A model generated the notes under the pieces. It ran no database searches. It had not been told where the DNA came from and worked only from the letters and a program-made list of their open reading frames with translations. Shown in pieces: positions 34,490-48,940 of a DNA stretch of 64,000 bases. Made by a program: the position numbers and the translations under genes. Each line of letters begins with the position of its first letter. Position 1 is the first letter of the stretch. The stretch lies in assembly GCF_009914755.1 (NCBI RefSeq), contig NC_060928.1. One strand, given 5' to 3'. The DNA is from the human T2T-CHM13v2.0 reference genome, Homo sapiens.

Positions 34490-36243
34490 TAAAGAAACTC
34501 TCTGCCCAAGTATGCCTTTTTTTAGTGTGCATCAGAGGCGGACTGAGGTTTGTGTGTGTCTTACAACCCAGACCCAAAGTCAGTCTAGAAAATGTAACAA
34601 TCTGAGTTAAGAGATGCTTGAAATCACATCCCTTTAATGATAACATTGCAAAGTGGTATTAGTATGCTGGTAAGTATTTAATGAGAAGATGAGAAGAAAG
34701 AACTAAAAGCTCTGGCCCCTGGGGAAAGACAGGTCACTGGATTCAGCTAGGGTGGAAGAAAGGAAGTAAAATTGGACTCACCAGGATTGAATAGATTGAA
34801 TATATTCCCTGATGTTCATCATCCATATCGCAAGTAGACAGATATGGTGATTACACCCATGAGGCAGTTATCACATCACCTTACGTGAAAGTTAACGTCA
34901 TAGGCTTAATCTGGAACCCATTTGCCCTAATTGAGGACTCCACAGGAAAGAAGAGTAGAGCCTGGCTAATCAGGAGAGAGATGTGCAGTGAGTTGCTTGG
35001 ATCCCTACCTTTTAATCAGAATGGTAGATTGCTCTCATCTCTTAATTGGTGGTGGAGTTTTGAATGAGTCACCCCTCAGCCACAGTTTCCTCATCTACAA
35101 TGTAGGATAAACAATACCTTATGTCCTTCAAGGCAAGGAATTGGATCAGATGATATCATGAGGCCTCTTAAGGTTTTAAGCTGTGATTAGAACCCAAGAG
35201 TCAGAAGATACATCTCACAGCACCCAGCTAACCAGCCCTATACTTTTGTCAGAAATCATCTCAGAAAGACAAAGTCAGTCCTGTATTTCAAGCCTTCAGG
35301 AGGAAGAACAGAGCCTTTCTCATCAGTTCCATTCACCTCAGGATTTGCTTTCTTCTTTGTGAACTAAATTCCACGTGTAATTGAGAAGCAATGTCTGAGA
35401 AAATGGAATTTTACAGCCTCTATAGAATAGTAAAGGAAAAATGAAGTGGGATACTGAATCTGGAAGGCTTTCTGTTGACACAAAATGAAGGTGTACAACA
35501 AGGAGGGCAGCTTTCCACGAGGAACTTCCATGAGGCTGTGCAGCCAGAGAGGAATAGGGTAACAACCCTGGTACAGCTAACACCTCCAACACGTGTGTGA
35601 GCACTGTCTGCAAGCCATAATCCATAGCAGTGGCAGGACAGGCTCGCCAACTGAGTGGTTCTGGAAAGCTGCCTTTTCCTTTTAGTGATTCAAGGATGCT
35701 TCAACGTGGATTTTTTAGTTCCTGTTATGAGCCAGTGAATACAAAGATGAACATGGTAGATGGGGGATCTGGCTTCCTGGAGCTTAAAACTCCAGGATGG
35801 GGGATCTGGCTTTCCTGGAGCAAGAAAACCAGTGGTTTTCTTGGCCGAAGAAGTGAAGAGAACAAACAGCAGAGGATAATTTGGTAATCAGCATCCTAGT
35901 GTGCCCCAGGGTACTCTCTTAAGGAAATCCAGTCCTGGAGCACACCCAGTATGGTCCAGCCTGCTGTCTTCGTAGGTCTGAGTGCCCCAGTATTTGCAAA
36001 GTGTTTTGGAGCCTATGAAATGCTTTCACACATACAATCTCCTTTAATTAACTCTCACAATGACTCTGTGCTATGTGTACAATTATCACGTTTTACACAC
36101 AAGGAAACTGAGGCATGGAGCATTGTAATAATACCCGAGATCTTCTCACTCCATGACCAATGCTTTTCTTCTCCATTCCAGTTGCTTTTTCAACTGTGAT
36201 GATTTATAAAGGACAATCAAATGGGCACATACTATATTTATGC

Positions 36244-36252
<9 letters not shown>

Positions 36253-36282
<30 letters not shown>
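36253..36282 (+). repeat. (CA)n microsatellite
   Basis: About 15 CA units. Confidence 0.95.
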
Positions 36283-36283
<1 letters not shown>

Positions 36284-36371
36284 CCAGATGTCATTTATAA
36301 TCCATGTAAAATATTTTTGGGGAAGTTTCTCTTTAATAAAGTTTGAAGAGACATATATTTTTTTTTTTTGA

Positions 36372-36711
<340 letters not shown>

Positions 36712-37302
36712 TAATAGGTGATAGAATCCCGTGCTTGAAAAATAATCAAACAAAAAGAGAATGCATTGTAAGAAGCCTCACTGTACTCCTGTCCCCAGCT
36801 GCCCAGTTCTCCCCTCCTCCCCACAGGGAAACATCTTCATTAGTTTCATTAGGTTCTTATGAAACCTTCCAGAGTTTCTTTAAGCAAAATACAAGCAAGT
36901 AGGACTGTCATATCCTGCAGACCGCTACATACAAATACATAGAAAGTGTCCTCATTCTATCCTCCAGTGATATTCCATTTTTTGGCTGAACCACCTAAAT
37001 GATGGATATTTAGGGGAAGCAAGTATTTTTTAAAAAAGGTAAAAATCAAAGGTTTTTATTTTTTATTTTTTTAAAGAAAAGTTGGTAGGCTGTGTTTATT
37101 CATTCAGAAGTCAGGCCGTGGCTGAACTGATAGCTCTTGGAGATGGCCATTGCTCATCTCTGAATGTCTGGTTTTCTCTTGTAAGAATTGTGTGTATGAT
37201 CCAGACCTTCAGTGTGTGCACTATATATTGAGAATTCCAGAAGAGATGATATGGACAAGAAAAAAAGATGACTTTACTTTTTACAGTAAAAATAAAACTT
37301 AA

Positions 37303-37500
<198 letters not shown>

Positions 37501-37729
37501 TAAAGGGAGTATAAAGATAATGCTAGCTCTGTAGATGAGTGTCTTCCAAGGAAAGCCTGGCACTTTTCTCCCCGGTCATGGAAGAAAAGCAGCACTTAGG
37601 GGAGAAGCAGTGTCTGCATATGTCACATATCGGGAATACCTCTGCTGGACTCATGAATTCAGGTATTTCTGGGAGGTTCTGGGTTACTCTAGAGTAGGCG
37701 AGGAATCCCTAGGCTCCACCAGCTAGCTT

Positions 37730-37850
37730 TATTTTTGTAGAGATGGAGTCTTGCCATGTTGCTCAGGCTGGTCTCCTGGGTTCAAGCTATCTTCCCACCT
37801 TGGCCTCTCAAAGTACTGGGATTACAGGTGTGAGCCACTGCACCTGGCCT
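37730..37850 (-). mobile_element. Alu monomer (FLAM-like)
   Basis: Antisense left arm. Confidence 0.75.
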
Positions 37851-38278
37851 CCACCAGCTTACTTAGCACCTGCTTCTCAATCTGAGAAGAGAGAAGCAGA
37901 TGACCTTAGATTGTTCTGGAGAGTTTTGCTACAAGTTTTCCTTATAGACATTGTACAGTGGTCCTTACCAGAAGGGAGTGCCCAAGTCTGTTTACATTCA
38001 GGCTCAGCACCTATCCAGAGTCCCAGCCATGAGCCAGGTGCTGTCTGAGGTGCGCTCATGTGATCCTCACAGTAAAACCTGTGATACAAGCAACACCGTA
38101 TATCTAATTTATTTGACCACAGATTTAGAAAAGAATCTTTAAAACCTAATAACATACCACAGATGCATTTTGGTAAATGCTGCTTTAGATTATACTTTAG
38201 CTGAATCCATTAGTTGAATCCTAAGCTATAATATAATTTTAAGAACCTCCTTGCCTTTCAAGCCAAATAACCAAGGGA

Positions 38279-38790
38279 CTTTCTCTCTCTCTTTCCCTCC
38301 CTCCCTTCCTTCCTTCCTTCCTTCTTCTCTCCCTCCCTTGTTATCTCTTTTCCTTTCCTTTCTCTCCTTCCTTCCCTCTTCCCTTTTTCCTTTCTCTCCT
38401 TCCTTCCTTCCTTGCTTCCTTCTTCCCTCCCTCCTTTGTTCTCTCTTTTCCTTTCCTTTCTCTTTTTCTTTCCTTCCTTCCTTCCTCACTCACTCTTTTC
38501 TTTTCCTTTCTCTCCTTCCTTCCTTCCTTCCTCCCTCCCTCACTCTCTCTTTTCTTTGCCTTTCTCTCCTTCCTTCCTTCCTTTTCCTCCCTCCCTCCCT
38601 CCCTTGTTCTCCCTTTTCCTTCCTTCCTTCTTTCCTTTCTTCCTTCCTTCCCTCTTCCCTCACTCTCTCTTTTCCTTTCTCTCCTTCCTTCCTTCCTTCA
38701 TTCTCCCCTCCCCTCCCCCCTCCCCTCCCCCCTCCCCTCCCCCCTCCCCCCCTCCCCTCCCCTTCCCTTCCCTTCCCATTTTTCTTCTCA
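38279..38790. repeat. ~500-bp polypyrimidine (CT-rich) low-complexity tract followed by an Alu remnant
   Basis: (CCTT)n, (CCCT)n and (CCCCT)n arrays; antisense Alu fragment at 38790-38890. Confidence 0.95.
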
Positions 38791-39053
38791 CCATGTTGCC
38801 CAGGCTTGCCTCAAACTCCTGGGCTCAAGTGTTTCTCTTCCACCTCAGCCTCCCAAGTAGCTGGGGCTACATGTGTGAGGCATCACAACCATGGACTTTT
38901 CACTTTCTTCACTCCAGGTTAAAAACATCACAGGGATAAATCTCAAAACACCAAAACTGTGAAAATGCTGCTAACCATGTGGGTCTGTCTAAACTGGAGT
39001 GTTACTTGTACAACTGGTTTCAGCCCCTCCGGAGTGTTTTGAATGCCATGTAG

Positions 39054-39377
<324 letters not shown>

Positions 39378-40267
39378 TGATAGCTTCAGGGTGTGTATCT
39401 TTTGTCATGAATAGCTGTGAGAAGAAGGTCCAGGGCTCTCATTAGACCTTCAAAATGTCTCCAATCTAAAAACAAGAGTGAATTTTAAGAACCACTGTTC
39501 TAAGAAGATTTTTACTACCCTGGCTCACATATCTTATTTGGTGAACTTTGTTTGGTAGTCGGACTGCATGTAAACATAAATGTGACTGCTTAGTCCCTTA
39601 TCTGCCCACCTGCTGTTTGGTGGGTTAATTCGCCATTCCCTCCTCCCTCCCCCGAGTCCTCAGCCTTCTTAAATGGGCACATGAGCAATGTGTTTACACT
39701 TCATCCATGGTAACTGGTTGTGTTCAGAAGCCTCAGTTGTTTCTTCCTCTAGACAGAGACTCCTCATCTTAACTTCTAGGGCTAAGAACAGACTTGGATG
39801 TTGACTGGGGTTTCTAGTAGATTCCAGTGTGGAGCAGGATTCTAGGTCTTATAACTCAATCTGAGGATCATCGCAACCCTAGTGACACCCTAGGGGCTCT
39901 TCCCAGTGTGAGTGTTGAGAAGGGAGGGCTCCAGGCCTTTTTGAAGGGGTGGGAGATTGAGATCATTAAATATGGTTGAAGTTGAACTGTTCAGTTTGCT
40001 CATAGGTTCAAGATTGGGGAATGGTAGTCATATTTTATTAAACTTGATTATCTCTGCCTGCTATGTAAACACTTAGCTTTCAGTTGTTCATGTGTGAGTT
40101 ATTCCCTCTTCAGCACATGCAGACAAGTTTTAATGTTCATCTGCATGTAAAATAAATCAGTGTGTATTGCCCCGAAATGCAGACAAGGTCCCAACTCCTT
40201 GCCATCTTAGAGTGTTCCCGTGGCTCCACTCATTGCCATGACTCTCAGGAATTGGCCCTATACTTAG

Positions 40268-40540
<273 letters not shown>

Positions 40541-40624
40541 TGAATCCCAGATAGGGGTCATATAGAAATGAAGGTCCCAAGGCAGAAATTCAGTTACGAA
40601 TGCTCTTAAAGGCATGTGGGACTT

Positions 40625-40720
40625 TGTTTTATTTTGTTTTGTTTTTTGAGACAGAGTTTTGCTCTGTGGCCCAGGCTGGAGTGCAATGGCACAATATTGG
40701 CTCACTGCAACCTCTACCTA
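40625..40720 (-). mobile_element. Truncated Alu (3' part)
   Basis: TTTTGAGACAGAG...GCTCACTGCAACCTCT. Confidence 0.8.
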
Positions 40721-41148
40721 GGACGTTGTTTTAGATTCAGATCCAAAACTGCATTTTTGCAGAGGCCCCTCAACATTTTGCTTGTCTAATAATATAGCTA
40801 CAGTCTCTACTTTGAATGTCTGTGTATGTGGATGGAGTGTGGGGAAGGATCTTCTGTCTCATTGCTCCTTAAAAGATAGATGAAGCCAAAAGCAATATAA
40901 GCAAAATGCAACTTACAAAATAAGCTTTATAATAAAGCATATGAAGTAGAGGTGTCTGCCCATATAGTAGCTGTCAATTGCATTTATCCTATTCAAATTC
41001 TGTCCACAAGGTTACTGTTGGAGCAACTTTGGAGAAAATACTGAGTTCTCCTGATTGAATTTTGTCCCCTTCTTGTATAAGGAAAGAGTTGATGTAGTTT
41101 CCTGGGTGTAGATGGTTTGAGAGATGGTACTGCCTATCCCTAAAATGA

Positions 41149-41388
<240 letters not shown>

Positions 41389-41588
41389 TAAAACTAAAGA
41401 TCTTTGAAGCCAATGAGAACAAGCATAGCAACCTAGTTCAGTGCTTGGCACAGAGAAGGAGCTCAGCAATTACATGTGGAGTGAACGTTGTTGGACTCTA
41501 CTGTGTCCAGTCACTGTGCTGCTTCAGTGAAGCTCTGGTGCACTGGGACTTTGGTAATTCACCAGTTACCTGTCCTGGTCATTTATAG

Positions 41589-41783
<195 letters not shown>

Positions 41784-42493
41784 TAGGCCTTGGCAGAATA
41801 GAGATCTGAGCTTGTGCTTAGTAAGAACTAGGCAATGGAAATTTGCTTTCAGAAATACATTTCTGTCTTGACAGTAAGTTAATTGGATCATTGCAATGAT
41901 TTTTTTAAATCTCTTTCCATAACAAATTATAGTTAAGGAAAATTTTACAAAGGGAGAAGAGAATATGAAGAGGGCTGGCAAAGATACCCACCAAAATTGC
42001 TTTTCTTTAGAAATGACACAAATTGAAAATGAATTTCTGTGACTAAAAATGAGCAGATGAGAAATGAATGAGGACAACCACAAAATGTATTTTGATTCAG
42101 TACATTCTGAAGATGCATTAGATACTCCTTTTTACATATTTGGAATATGGAATATAAAAATATAGGTACATTTTGAGGCAAAATATGTAAAAATAAGCAA
42201 GCCAACTTATCACAAGCATTTCAAGTATTTCAATCCTGGGCTGAGACCAAGTATATGAAGCTTTAGTCCAAGGGAGTATTTCTTTTTTAAATCACATTCC
42301 TAATGAATGAAAGCAAGACAAAGGCAAATGAAAGTAGAGGTAGAGGTTGTGTTATGATGAATGATCTAACAGTATATATGTTAAAGAATGCCAAATGCAG
42401 GTTTTAATTATCCACCGGTCTCACTGCAAAATACAGAAGAGTTTAAGTCTTCTTAGAGAGTTAGGTAAACTGAAATCAAGCAAGGCACCAGAG

Positions 42494-43222
42494 TGAAATC
42501 ACCTTTGCAAAAATTGTAACTGAGGAAATTATGACAGTGAATGAGATATGACCTAACCAACTCCATTTTGCTTTAGCCTCCAAGTTGTCCTTGTTCCTTC
42601 CTGGGCATAGGCCGAACTAACTTTGAGAGGAACTTAGTTTATAGTTTGACTTTGAAAAAAAGACAATAATAGCCCTTTGCCAAAACAAACCCTCTTTTTG
42701 CCTGGGAACTAGACTGCCTTTGCGGGACTAACGAATTAGCTACAAGATTAGAAAGTATGGTTTAGGGGTCACTGTTGTAAAACCTGAGGTCAGTGCTTGA
42801 GATATTTTGGAGACCCTGTATTTCGATGCACCAGCTGACACCACCCAGGTCAATAAACTGGCTCATCTGATCTTGGGGCCCCTACCTAGGAACTGACTCA
42901 GTGCAAGAGGACAGCATCAGCTCCCTATAATTTCATCTTTGACCCAACCAATCAGCACTCCCCTTTTCACCCCCTACCCACCAAATCATCCTTAAAAACC
43001 CCATTCCCCCAGTTTCAGAGACACTGATTTGAGTAATAGCAGAATAGTAGAAATTCCCCCAGTTTCAGAGACACTGATTCGAGTAATAGTAGTAATAGTA
43101 GAATAGGTCTCCCGTACAGCTGGCTCTGTGTGAATTAAACCCTTTTTCTATTGCAATTCCCCTGTCTTGGTAAATCGGCTCTGTCTAGGCAGCGGACAAG
43201 GAGAATCCATGGGGCGGTTATA
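42494..43222 (+). mobile_element. LTR8-family solo LTR (ERV1)
   Basis: TGAAATCACCTTTGCAAAA...GGGCGGTTATA; 4-bp TSD AGAG; internal ~50-bp tandem duplication at 43003-43103. Confidence 0.85.
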
Positions 43223-43739
43223 AGAGCTGCCCCCCAATTTCAAATATTTATATCTAAGCTTTCTTTATTTTCCTGCCTATTTCCCAACAAGGGATGAGGA
43301 GCTTAGGGAGTTAAAAAGTAGTAAAATATGGGGAAAAGGGCATAATTCCCATTATACCAAGAGGCATTGCTGGTGAAGCAATACCTTTCCAGGTACGATT
43401 TTCAGTAACACAGACGTGCAGTAAGAGGCAGTGTTGGCTGTTAGTGTCTTTTATGAGCCAAGTCTTTTCCTGGCTTGGCTATCCGTGGTGAGACTGACAC
43501 CCCGGGAAATGTTTCTCTCAGGGTGAGCTCTTTCAGGGTGGGACAACAGCTTCAGTGTCTTTACGTATGTCTCCTCCCAACATGAAGCTAATTGCTGTGC
43601 TCTCGGGCATGTTTAGCTCTTGGTAGAGTGGCTTTCCTAACAAATAGGGAGCAGTGAGCCCAGCCTGAAGTTTTTATTTAGTCACTCCTTAGAATCAGTG
43701 ATATTTTGAATACTGAAGTATTTCCAGTGGCTAGTAATT

Positions 43740-44296
<557 letters not shown>

Positions 44297-44627
44297 ATTA
44301 AGGGAATTTCTCAAAATCATGCAGCTAGTAAATAAGACATTTAGGACTAGGTCCTGATTATTTTGACTCCAGGTTTTATGTGTATTTAGATTAGGTTTAT
44401 TTAGATTGCTCTTGCTGCCTGTATGTTGGAAAATTAAGAGCTTGTTATTTCCAGTGACTTCTTTTTACTAGAAAGACCAGGAATTAGTTATTAGCACTGA
44501 GGCCAAGTAGCTATCTGCTTCTTTTAGACTTCTGGTAAATAGAATGATATCCAATCACAGGATTAGTCATATTCTTGGTTTTTTTCTGAGAACAGGAAGT
44601 TGGTAGCTCAGCTGGACTGATATGTGA

Positions 44628-44774
<147 letters not shown>

Positions 44775-45099
44775 TGAGGATTTTCACTGGACACATGTGG
44801 TTGTGAAAACTGTTCAATCAGGCTTAAATCCTCCACTCTCCATCCCCACACATGGCAGGGAATAGAAGTCCCTTGAATGGAGCTGACTGGTCCCTTGAAT
44901 TGATGGAAGCTCATTGGTTTTTGAGCAAAATCTGTTGCCAGTCCAGTCATAGCCATTCATGGCTCTTTATTAAAAAAAAAAAAAAAAAAAGCTTTTTTGG
45001 TATCTTATTTTTTTCTGCGCCATATGGTCTGCAGGACAATTCATGGCTTTTCTGTTCTTCATTTTCATACCCATCTCCTAACGGCTTTTGTCCCCATAG

Positions 45100-45253
45100 G
45101 CCCCATTTACATCATCACAGAGTATTGCTTCTATGGAGATTTGGTCAACTATTTGCATAAGAATAGGGATAGCTTCCTGAGCCACCACCCAGAGAAGCCA
45201 AAGAAAGAGCTGGATATCTTTGGATTGAACCCTGCTGATGAAAGCACACGGAG
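45100..45253 (+). CDS. PDGFRA: PDGFRA exon 15
   Basis: [18 protein letters not shown]...ADESTR; 154 nt. Confidence 0.98.
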
Positions 45254-45556
45254 GTGGGTGCAAAGAGAGATGTTGCTGTCTATCATTATCTTACAGGCAT
45301 CACAAATGGAAAGACCCATGTCCTGATAGATATCATGTCTGCAGATTCAGTGCCCAAGGTAGCAAGACTTAGAGTCAAACCACCCTGTCCAGTCTTTCCA
45401 TGGTCATGCAGAGAGATGCATGATGTCTAAAGGTGTTTTGGACTGGGGTGTCACATGGGAAGGCCTTGCTGATAGGTTTGAATGAGAGTGAGTTAGAATG
45501 ACTCTGGGAGCTCTTCTGCTATTTACATGTGATCCACTTAGACCTATAAAATGCAG

Positions 45557-45632
45557 CTCTGGCCAGGGATGCTTGAGTTCTGGAACCTTGCAAGAACTGT
45601 CTGTGGATCTCCAAGCTCGAGGTCCTTGCTGA
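45557..45632 (+). CDS. PDGFRA: Alternative intron-15 exon giving a 743-aa truncated isoform
   Basis: CAG acceptor at 45556; in frame SGQGCLSSGTLQELSVDLQARGPC*; AATAAA at 45755 and a donor TAG|GTAAGA at 45709. Confidence 0.6.
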
Positions 45633-46289
45633 ACCTGGACCTATAAATGACGTCAATGATAGTGATCCCTACTGCAGAAATCTACAAGTGGCTATAAAGA
45701 ACTCTGTAGGTAAGAAATTCTGTAAGATCAGAAAGTACAATGAATTCACTTCATAATAAATTACTTGGTGGACACCAAATGGGTGCTAAATTGATTGGGT
45801 AGAAGGAATTGTATGCCCAAGCCACATGACCACACGGCTCAAGTTCCAACCAAGGCTTGTGAGTTGAAAAACTGAGAAAGAATAATGACAGACTTAATGT
45901 AGTGAATTCTTCAAACTTTAAGTGTAATGGACTTACAGGTCCATGGGAGCACAGCCCCACTGTCTTAGATGTGGCTCTTCAGGATGTGCGGGCTCCTGCT
46001 AAAGATGTGCAGGGAACTGGCTCTGAAAACAAGTGAACAGTAGTCATCATGGCAGCTGACATTTGTGGAGTCCTTTGTATGTGCCAGGTGCCATGACAAA
46101 TATTCCGCTAGTCTTTCCCATCTTTGTCAGTGGGATCCATTCTACGTCTTCTGAAAAGTGCTTCCTTGACCCCCAGATCAAGTCATTTTCCTTACAAGCT
46201 ATTGAAACCTTTCTTCCTTCACAACACAGCTGAGTTTGAGTTGATCTGTGTATTTATTTTGTTTTTTACATTTCTTTTTTTCCCTATTT

Positions 46290-46850
46290 AAAAAATTTTT
46301 TTATTTCCATAGGTTTTTGGGGAACAAGTGGTATTTGGTTACATGAGTAAATTCTTCAGTGGTGATTTGTGAGATTTTGGTGCACCCATCACTGGAGCAG
46401 TATACACTGAACCCAGTTTGTAGTCTTTTATCCCTCACCTGCCTCTCAATTTTTCCCCGAGTCCCCAAGTCCATTGTGTCATTCTTATGCCTTTGCATCC
46501 TCATAGCTTAGCTCTCACTTATGAGTGAGAACGTACGATGTTTGGTTTCCATTTCTGAGTTACTTCACTTAGAATAATAGTCTCTAATCCCATCCAGGTT
46601 GCTGCAAAAGCCATTAATTCATTCCTTTTTATAGCTGAGTTATATATATATATATATATATGCACACCTACACATACATATGTATAGATACACTGCAGTT
46701 TCTTTATCCACTCCTTGATTGATGGGCATTTGGGGTTGGTTCCACATTTTTTCAATATGTGAATTGTGCTGCTATAAACATGTGTGTGCAAGTATCTTTT
46801 TAGTATGACTTCCTTTCCTCTGGTAGATACCCAGTAGTGGAATTGCTGTG
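46290..46850 (-). mobile_element. L1MA/L1PB-type 3'-end fragment
   Basis: Antisense L1 3' UTR and ORF2 end (ELMAFAATWMGLETIILSEVTQ). Confidence 0.85.
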
Positions 46851-47044
46851 ATGCATGTATTTGTGCGACTATTTGATTAATGCTCATTTCCTTGACTAGA
46901 TCACCTCATGTGAAAGGTATGGATTGGTTTTGCTTTTACCCAGTTAGCTCCCATGCCTACCTCAGTACCTGGCACATTGTAGGTCCCCCAGAATCATCAT
47001 CTACTGAAAGTGGAATGACCACTTCAGAAGGGCACCCTGGGTAA

Positions 47045-47281
<237 letters not shown>

Positions 47282-48332
47282 TAATATGATACTTAAAGTA
47301 TTTAGAGGGAAGTGTATAGGGATGGTAAGTGAACCTGGCAGCCCACGTGGTCTCTAAATGCAGGTCTGCACAACCAGTTCTGTGACATGTTTCCAGGTTT
47401 GTGGCCTGTAAATTGAAAAGAATAAAAGCTGACAATGTAACAAATTTTTTAAACTTTAAATTTAATAGTTTTAAAGAATTTTCTTGGTGTGTTCCTGCAG
47501 TAAACATTTTAAAAAAAAAATAATTATTTATTCTGATATAATGAACTTCCTTTTTTATTGCTGTCTTTTTCTTTTTTAATGAAAATATGGTGATTGATTT
47601 TTTTTAATGCCCTTACTTGGCAGAATTACAAGTTGGCTGTCTTATGTTGGTTCCTCACCTTGCTTTTTTTCCCTTAAGTTTTAGAAGTCTCTGATGTCTA
47701 TGAGTTCAGTAACCCTTGCTTTTACTTTTCCTAACATTCAATTTGTGATAGGAACTCTAGAGTAGATAATTTGCAGTTATATTTTCTGGACCAGTGTTTC
47801 TGTTGAATGTATTTTGAAGGTGGGTCTATCTGTTTTTCAAGTACATGAATATGTGGCAGGGTTAAATTGATTTATAAACTCCAGGGAGTCCAGCTGATGC
47901 CCAGACCAGATGGATCACTTCACATCTGCTCAGGGTGGTTCCTCCAGAGCCCTGAACTGGTCACAGACATGAAGCTGGAAGTCTGACATTGGCTTGTCCT
48001 GTGAGCTTGCCTTTTTGGGTCTGAGCCTTCCCATTAGTCAATGCAAAAAAGTGTTGAGCTGCCCTGGACATTGTTTTGGAAATTATTGATGTGCTCTGAA
48101 TGTTTTCAGGTTCTTAAGTGAAAGGTACAATCCATTTAAAAAAGAATGTGTTTGTTTTGCAAAGCTCAGTACACAATATTTTCCATTTCTGCGGTTCCAA
48201 GTTCCATTCACTTCTCATTGCCAAATGGGTGAACTTCCAAGCGCTTTTAAAAGATTAGCCAGTGAGAGTTATCGGAACCAGTACTTCCTCTCCCCTCCCA
48301 TATTGTTAAAAATAGTTTACATTGCTTCCCAG

Positions 48333-48433
48333 GCTGGGCTGGTGGAGTTGGCACGAGATGTCAGAGGAACCTGAGTCATGCTCAGGCCCAAGCCCTGTTG
48401 GCAGGCAGACCACTGCTTTCTGGCCTTCCGTGA
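48333..48433 (+). CDS. PDGFRA: Alternative terminal exon in intron 16 giving an 807-aa isoform
   Basis: TTCCCAG acceptor; in frame GWAGGVGTRCQRNLSHAQAQALLAGRPLLSGLP*; AATAAA at 48708-48713 with downstream GT-rich sequence. Confidence 0.7.
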
Positions 48434-48940
48434 CTATCTGAAAAAAATCGTGAATGGCTAGAGCTACTCTTCACTTGCTGAACATTTTCAAAAAGAATTG
48501 AGAACTTCTGGATTAAATTGCCTTCTTCCTCGAAAACCCTGGGACCCTTCCAGATGGGACTAACTGGGGAAAGTGGACAAGTTACAAACAAAGAAACTCA
48601 AAGGAAAGTCATTGGCACTGATCTCTAAGATGCTATCACATGTGATTGGTGGTTGATTTTATTAACAAATTATAAGCAAAGTACTACAAAGGTGGCTTTA
48701 AAAAGAAAATAAAGCAATTCACAGAAACTACTTTTTCATGTAGCTTGTATGTGTGCTCCATGTATTTCATCATGGAAGATTTTAGTGTGTGTTTATGTGT
48801 ATGTGTGTTTTAAAGGTAGCTGAGATGATTTGCTAATTATGGTTGAAAAAAAGAAATTTAGGAGGTAAACAAAATAATTATGTGTAAGATTGGTCCTTGT
48901 GGCTGTGTGTGTGTTTTGTGTGTGCGTGTATGTCTCTGTG

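Noticed and set aside
38251-38939. 223-aa and 175-aa Pro/Ser/Phe/Leu-rich ORFs
   Set aside because: Translation of a CT low-complexity tract that cannot encode stop codons.
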